A stretch of 64,000 nucleotides of DNA, from the NCBI GenBank assembly GCA_965200315.1, contig OZ241362.1, forward strand, positions 1,120,001 through 1,184,000, read 5' to 3'. This DNA comes from Candidatus Latescibacterota bacterium (lineage in GTDB: Bacteria; Latescibacterota; UBA2968; UBA8231). A program made the position numbers and the translations under genes. The notes beneath the pieces were generated by a model. It was not told where the DNA came from. It saw nothing but the letters and a program-made list of their open reading frames with translations, and searched no databases. Of this stretch, positions 58,254 through 64,000 are shown piece after piece; the stretch's first letter is position 1; the number at the start of each line of letters is the position of its first letter.

Positions 58254-58924
58254 GGCAGCGCGAGGTCGCGCAGCACGGCCAAGCTGTGCTGTCCTTGGGT
58301 ACCGCCCGTCCGCGCCAAGGCTTCGAGATGCACCTTTAGGAACCCGGCCTCAGCCGGCGTATCCACATCGTACCATGGCGGCAGCAGGCCGAGCGTCTGC
58401 GTCCCCAAGCGCGCTAGGGTTTGCGCGAATACCATCCCGGTGCTCCAAGCCACGTCTTGGAATATCCGGCTTTCCCCTTTGCGTCGGCCCACCAAGTAGT
58501 AGCCGCCGTCCGTGCTCGGGCCTAAGACCACTTCCTTCTCGCGCAACAGCACCAGCCCCTCGTCGATGTAGTTGGCTGGCAGAGAAGGGCTGTCCGAGCC
58601 GACGAGGACCACTCGTTCAGCTCCCCGCGCAAACCCCCACTGCATCAGGCCCTCCATCCGCTGCCCTAGCTCGCCTTCGGGCTGCGGCACGTACTCGAAG
58701 GTGCCAATCGGACTCAGCAGGGCGCACAGGGCGTCTTCGGCATGGGTCGGAGTAAAGGCCACGACCTTGGCAGTAGCCTGTGTCGCATGCAACTCAGTCG
58801 CGCAATCGAGCAGCAGGGCCTCGTACAGACGTGCGGCGTCTTGGGCACTCAGATGGCTCTGGAGCCGGGTTTTGACCGCTCCGGGAGCTGGTTTTTTGGC
58901 AAACAGCACGGCGCAGGTGGACAT
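58250..58924 (-). CDS. DUF2064/TIGR04282-like glycosyltransferase
   Basis: FAKKPAPGAVKTRL, LGQRM, VGSDSP, VLGPSTDGGYYLVG, WYDVDT. Confidence 0.85.
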   Translation of the reverse strand: MSTCAVLFAKKPAPGAVKTRLQSHLSAQDAARLYEALLLDCATELHATQATAKVVAFTPTHAEDALCALLSPIGTFEYVPQPEGELGQRMEGLMQWGFARGAERVVLVGSDSPSLPANYIDEGLVLLREKEVVLGPSTDGGYYLVGRRKGESRIFQDVAWSTGMVFAQTLARLGTQTLGLLPPWYDVDTPAEAGFLKVHLEALARTGGTQGQHSLAVLRDLALP

Positions 58925-59014
58925 CTACTTCCCCCTATTGTCTATCGTCGGCAGACCGCCTATTTTCTGCAATATAATTCGCGGCAACCTTTCACAAAAT
59001 CAACCGAGGAGCTC

Positions 59015-60211
59015 ATGGCCCAAGTCAATATCGTTCGCCACAACCCCATCGCCATCTTTTCCAACCCCACCGAAGTAATCATCACCGACGACAACGGCCA
59101 CGTCGTGCGCCTAGTCGAGCCTTCGGGCAACGTCGGCACCCAATACGCCAACGACGTCGGATCGGAGTGGTTCGGCACTATCGAGAATCTCAACAAGGGG
59201 CTCGAAATTTGCGGCGTCCACTGGTCCGACGTGTACAAGACCGACGTCCTGTGGACCACCCCCTCTGCCGACCGCGACGAGTGCGACCAGCGCAAAAACG
59301 ACTTCAACGCCTGCTACGGCGCCATGATCGCCGCGGTCACCGGCGGTCCCTTGCGCTCCAACCGCATGGCCCGCTTCACCCACCCGGAAGGCTTCCCGGA
59401 CCCAGCGGCCCTTTTCGAAATTCAGATCAAAGCCTGTGCCGGCGAAACCGTCTCCATCAGCGGTGGCACAATCGACTACGGCACCTGGGTCGATCACCAG
59501 CCCTCGGGTGCCTCGGTCATGCACCAGCGCGACGGCGAAATGATCACCACGCTCGGCGACGACTTGGCCGAAGAAATGCGCTTCGTCCTCGAAGAGCAAT
59601 ACGCCAAGCCCTTTGCCGAGCAAGGCGTTGACTTCAAAAAGCAGACCGTATTCATGGAGATTCTCGTGGCCGTGGACGACGATCCAGACAAAACTTGGGA
59701 GCGCATCGAGACCACCCGCCAAGTCTTTGCGGATTACTACGGAGACGACCGCCCCGCCGGCCTGATCTACCCGGTGTCGCGGATCCCCAATCTCGACGGC
59801 ATCGTCGAGCCTCAGCCCCGCGTGGTCTCCGGCGAGGTCGAAATCGTGCGCTCGGGGCAGATCGAGGACGGCTTCTCGACTTGGGCGGGTTTGCGCCACC
59901 ACGGCGTACGCGAAGTCCACGTCTCAGCCGTCGGTGGCAGCGACGCCGGCCAGCAGCTTGGCACGCTCGACGCCCGGATCAAGGAAGCCGGCGGCGCGGG
60001 CCTCAAGGAGGACGGTGTCTTCAACAACGCCTACATCGTCGCCGGGGCCGATTCCGCGCAAAATCGCGCTGGATTGGTCGCCTTCAACGAGTCCTTCAGC
60101 GCGTACTACGCCGGCACGGCACCGGCTGGCCGCACCGCCCAGTTTATCGGCGGCATCCAGCAGCAAGGCCATCAGAGCGGCATCGCCACCCGGGCGATCT
60201 TCGCCGAGTAG
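59015..60211 (+). CDS. Protein with three tandem divergent RidA/YjgF-like domains
   Basis: Three segments of about 130 aa: DFNACYGAM..LFEIQIKA; RQVFADYYGDDRPA..GIVEPQ; AFNESFSAYYAGTAPAGRT. Confidence 0.6.
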   Translation: MAQVNIVRHNPIAIFSNPTEVIITDDNGHVVRLVEPSGNVGTQYANDVGSEWFGTIENLNKGLEICGVHWSDVYKTDVLWTTPSADRDECDQRKNDFNACYGAMIAAVTGGPLRSNRMARFTHPEGFPDPAALFEIQIKACAGETVSISGGTIDYGTWVDHQPSGASVMHQRDGEMITTLGDDLAEEMRFVLEEQYAKPFAEQGVDFKKQTVFMEILVAVDDDPDKTWERIETTRQVFADYYGDDRPAGLIYPVSRIPNLDGIVEPQPRVVSGEVEIVRSGQIEDGFSTWAGLRHHGVREVHVSAVGGSDAGQQLGTLDARIKEAGGAGLKEDGVFNNAYIVAGADSAQNRAGLVAFNESFSAYYAGTAPAGRTAQFIGGIQQQGHQSGIATRAIFAE

Positions 60212-60215
60212 TCCC

Positions 60216-60710
60216 GTGCTCAGCGCCGACAAGATCATCGCCGCCCTCGAACGGCACGGCATTACGCACGTGCTAGGCGTGCCCGATAACGGCTCGTGCG
60301 TCCTGTACGAGCGCCTGTGGGACCACGACACCATCGAAGTGATCCTCACCAGCCGCGAGGGCGAGGCCTATGGCTTGGCCTCTGGCCTGTATTTGGGCGG
60401 CGCCCATCCGCTGGTACTGATCCAGAATACGGGCTTTTTGGAAGCCGGCGACGCCTTCCGCGGCACGGCCTACAACATGGGTATTCCTCTCGTCATGCTC
60501 GTCGGCTACCGCGGCTACGCCACCATGACCCGAGGTGCCCCCCGGGTCGATACGGCCGCCACCTTCTTCGAGCCGACCCTCAAGGCTTGGAACATCCCCT
60601 ACAGCGCCATGCACACAGACGACGACTGTGGTCAAATCGACGCCGCGTTCGCCAAGGCTCAAGAGACCTCGCTGCCAACCGCTGTGCTGCTGGTCGTGGA
60701 GACTGCATAA
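60216..60710 (+). CDS. ThDP-dependent decarboxylase alpha subunit (ComD/phosphonopyruvate decarboxylase-like)
   Basis: ITHVLGVPD, REGEAYGLASGLYLGG, LIQNTG, PLVMLVGYRG. Confidence 0.85.
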   Translation: MLSADKIIAALERHGITHVLGVPDNGSCVLYERLWDHDTIEVILTSREGEAYGLASGLYLGGAHPLVLIQNTGFLEAGDAFRGTAYNMGIPLVMLVGYRGYATMTRGAPRVDTAATFFEPTLKAWNIPYSAMHTDDDCGQIDAAFAKAQETSLPTAVLLVVETA

Positions 60711-60711
60711 G

Positions 60712-61281
60712 ATGCTCGACAAATACACCTGCCTCGCAAAACTAGCCGCCAAGCGCACGGACGAAGTCGTGGTCACTACCATGAGCGTGGCCATGCCTTG
60801 GGCTGCACACTCCGACGGCCCGCTGGACTTTGCCCACGTCGAAAGCGCCATGGGGCACGCGGCCGACTTTGCCCTCGGCTTGGCCATTGCCCAGCCCGAG
60901 CGACGGGTCTTGTGCATCAACGGCGACGGCAGCACCCTGATGTCGCTGGGCGTCCTCGTCACCTTGGCCCAGCGCCCGGCCCCCAATCTAACTCTCGTCA
61001 TCACGGAAAACGGCACGTACGAAGTAACCGGCAGCCAGCCGGTGCCCGGTGCCGCCTTTATCGACTACGAGCAAATCTGCCGTGGAGCCGGTCTCCAGCG
61101 CGTCTATACCATCGACACCGACGACGACTTTGACGCCAAGCTCGATCAGCACTTTGCGGAAGAAGGCCCGGTAGTCTTTATCTGGAAAATCGCTCCGGCT
61201 ACCGAGCCGGTGCCCAAACCGGCTCTGCCGATCGGCGAACGCGCCCAGCGCCTGCGCGCCGCCCTAGTCGACGAGGGATAG
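60712..61281 (+). CDS. ThDP-dependent decarboxylase beta subunit (ComE-like)
   Basis: AMGHAADFALGLA, GDGSTLM, ENGTYEVTGSQ. Confidence 0.85.
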   Translation: MLDKYTCLAKLAAKRTDEVVVTTMSVAMPWAAHSDGPLDFAHVESAMGHAADFALGLAIAQPERRVLCINGDGSTLMSLGVLVTLAQRPAPNLTLVITENGTYEVTGSQPVPGAAFIDYEQICRGAGLQRVYTIDTDDDFDAKLDQHFAEEGPVVFIWKIAPATEPVPKPALPIGERAQRLRAALVDEG

Positions 61282-62420
61282 AGGTACCCATCGTGCAACT
61301 ACCGCAGATGGCCCCGGTCAAGCAGCACTTTGCCAGCGACTCGCTCACCGATGTGGCCGGCGAAGTCCGCCGCCAGCTAGCCCGCGCCGGCTTAGCCGAT
61401 GCCGTCGCCCTTGGCGCACGGATCGCCGTTGCGGGCGGCAGCCGTGGCATTGCCAATATCCCGCTCATCACCCGCACTGTTGTCGACTGCGTCAAAGAGG
61501 CCGGCGGCGCGCCCTTCCTGCTGCCAGCGATGGGTAGCCACGGCGGCGCTACCGCCGAAGGCCAAAAGCAGGTGCTGGCCGGCTATGGTCTCGACGCCAC
61601 GAGCATGGGCTGTCCGGTCGAGGCAACTATGGACGTCGTCGAAGTGGCCCAACTCGACGACGGCACTCCCGTGCTACTCAACCGGCTCGCCACCGAAGCC
61701 GATGGCGTGGTGCTCATCAACCGCGTCAAGCCGCACACCTCCTTTCGAGGGCCTTTTGAAAGCGGCCTGATGAAGATGATGACCATTGGCCTAGGCAGCC
61801 ACAAAGGCGCGACCATCGCCCACGCTGGAGGAGCCGAGAGCCTCGCCCGCCTGATCCCGGATTGGGGCCGCTGCATTCTTGACAAAGCACCGATCCTCAT
61901 GGGGTTGGCCATCGTCGAAAACGCCTACGAACAGACCCTCCGCGTCGAGGCCCTGCAACCCGGGCAGTTCCAAAGCCGCGAGCCGCAGCTTTTGGAGGAA
62001 TCGAGGCGCACCATGCCCCGCCTCTTCGTCCGAGGCATTGACCTGTTGATCATCGAACAAATCGGCAAGAATATCTCGGGCACGGGCATGGACACCAACG
62101 TCGTCGGCCGCATGCTCCTGCCCGGCGTCAAAGAGCCGGAGTCCCCGGGCGTGGCCCGCATCGTGGTGCTCGACCTGACCGACGAAACCCACGGCAATGC
62201 CAATGGCGTCGGTCTCGCCGACATCATCACCCGCCGCCTATACGAGCGCATCGACTTCAAGTCCACGTACGCCAACGTTTTTACCTCCACCTTCCTCAAT
62301 CGCGCGTACATTCCCGTCGTCATGCAAACCGACCGCGAGGCCATTGAGGCCGCGCTCTCGGTGCAAAACCTCGCTAATTCCGCACAGGCGCGCGTCGTCC
62401 GCATCAAAAACACCCTCGAC

Positions 62421-63118
<698 letters not shown>

Positions 63119-63161
63119 GGTGCTGTTTTCCCTCCAACTAAGTGGGCTCTAAGGGCTCAAT

Positions 63162-63349
63162 ATTGGCCACATCCAGCTATCCGCAAGCCTGCTGAGAGAG
63201 TTCGGCGACCATCCCGACCTAGAGCAAACCGGCGCACCGGCCGAGATGGCGTTTGACAGCGTGGGGCGATTGCGCTAAGCCGCGACTATCCCTCAGTATC
63301 GCGTTCACTGAAACAGATACGAGGATGAGGGAATAATAATTGACACCGA
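63162..63349 (+). repeat. 188-bp direct repeat, copy 2
   Basis: Duplicates the 3' end of the LarA-like gene, the intergenic region and the toxin start codon. Confidence 0.95.
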
Positions 63350-63373
63350 ACATCCGCGGCTCAAATCGTCAGC

Positions 63374-63589
63374 ATGAGCTCGGACTCGCCGATTAGGCGG
63401 TACGCCGGGAGTTTACCGGACAACCGCTCGCTGTTTCTCTCGCTCGTCTCGGGATCGAGGAGTCAGGAATCGCTCCCAAAGGGCTGGCTGCAAGTCACCC
63501 AAGCCGGCGAAGGGAACAATTTGCTCGTCGAATCGGATGAGGCGGGCCTGACGGCGCTGCTGGAACAAGCGAGTAAGGTATTCGGATGA
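63374..63589 (+). CDS. Small hypothetical ORF or gene remnant
   Basis: 71-aa ORF filling the gap to the rpoN stop; no motif recognised. Confidence 0.3.
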   Translation: MSSDSPIRRYAGSLPDNRSLFLSLVSGSRSQESLPKGWLQVTQAGEGNNLLVESDEAGLTALLEQASKVFG

Positions 63590-63599
63590 CATGACGCTC

Positions 63600-64000
63600 C
63601 TACAGGTCTCTCCGGTAGCGCTGTGCAGGAATTTTTAGCTGATCTCGGTATTTGGCCACGGTCCGCCGCGCAATTTTCAAGCCGCTCTTGCTCAGCTCTT
63701 CGACGATCTGTTGGTCTGAAAGCGGCCGAGCCTTATCCTCGCAGGCGACGAGCTGCGAAATTTTCTCCTTCACCGAGCGCACGGACACGTCTTTGCCCTC
63801 GTCCGTGCTGAGCTTGTTGTCGAAAAAGTACTTCAGTTCAAAGACCCCGTGCGGCGTCTGCACGTACTTGCCGTTGCTGACGCGGCTAATCGTCGATACG
63901 TGCATTCCCACGGCGTCGGCCACATCCTGCAAGACCAAGGGCTGCAACCGCGACGGCCCTTCCTCAAAAAAAAGCCACTGCGCGTGCAACAGATAATTGG
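63600..64000 (-). CDS. rpoN: RNA polymerase sigma-54 factor (C-terminal part)
   Basis: HVSTISRV..KYVQTPHGVFELKYFF, LSDQQI, RpoN box ARRTVAKYR. Confidence 0.96.
   Translation of the reverse strand, partial: NYLLHAQWLFFEEGPSRLQPLVLQDVADAVGMHVSTISRVSNGKYVQTPHGVFELKYFFDNKLSTDEGKDVSVRSVKEKISQLVACEDKARPLSDQQIVEELSKSGLKIARRTVAKYRDQLKIPAQRYRRDL

Noticed and set aside
58250-58924. Arsenosugar biosynthesis cluster
   Set aside because: Only the widespread DUF2064-type gene is present; no arsM or radical-SAM arsS partner in the window.

Overview
GC-rich bacterial chromosome segment with about 55 genes and one tRNA-Thr(UGU). The gene content (ankyrin-TonB protein, BMC pentamer triplet, PhyH dioxygenase, several sugar-isomerase and Zn-dehydrogenase genes, urea uptake and urease) resembles sponge-associated Latescibacterota/Poribacteria-like genomes; this is inference only. 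Housekeeping genes: ispH, ppk1, glmU-like, dapA, dapB, purH, partial rpoN and an in-frame lnt-tatC fusion. Best leads: (1) a sigma-54-driven urtA-porin-urtBCDE-ureAB-ureC-ureF-ureG operon whose urease and UreG look plant/fungal-like, with no ureE in the window; (2) a Psp-like operon (sigma-54 promoter, stand-alone Fis-type HTH, PspA, duplicated membrane protein); (3) three BMC-P genes translationally coupled to ispH; (4) a single-chain triple-RidA + ComDE-like + LarA-domain operon; (5) an 11-repeat ankyrin-TonB fusion in a decaying island; (6) a BrnT/BrnA module between 188-bp exact direct repeats. All calls come from reading motifs by eye; no searches or counts were run.
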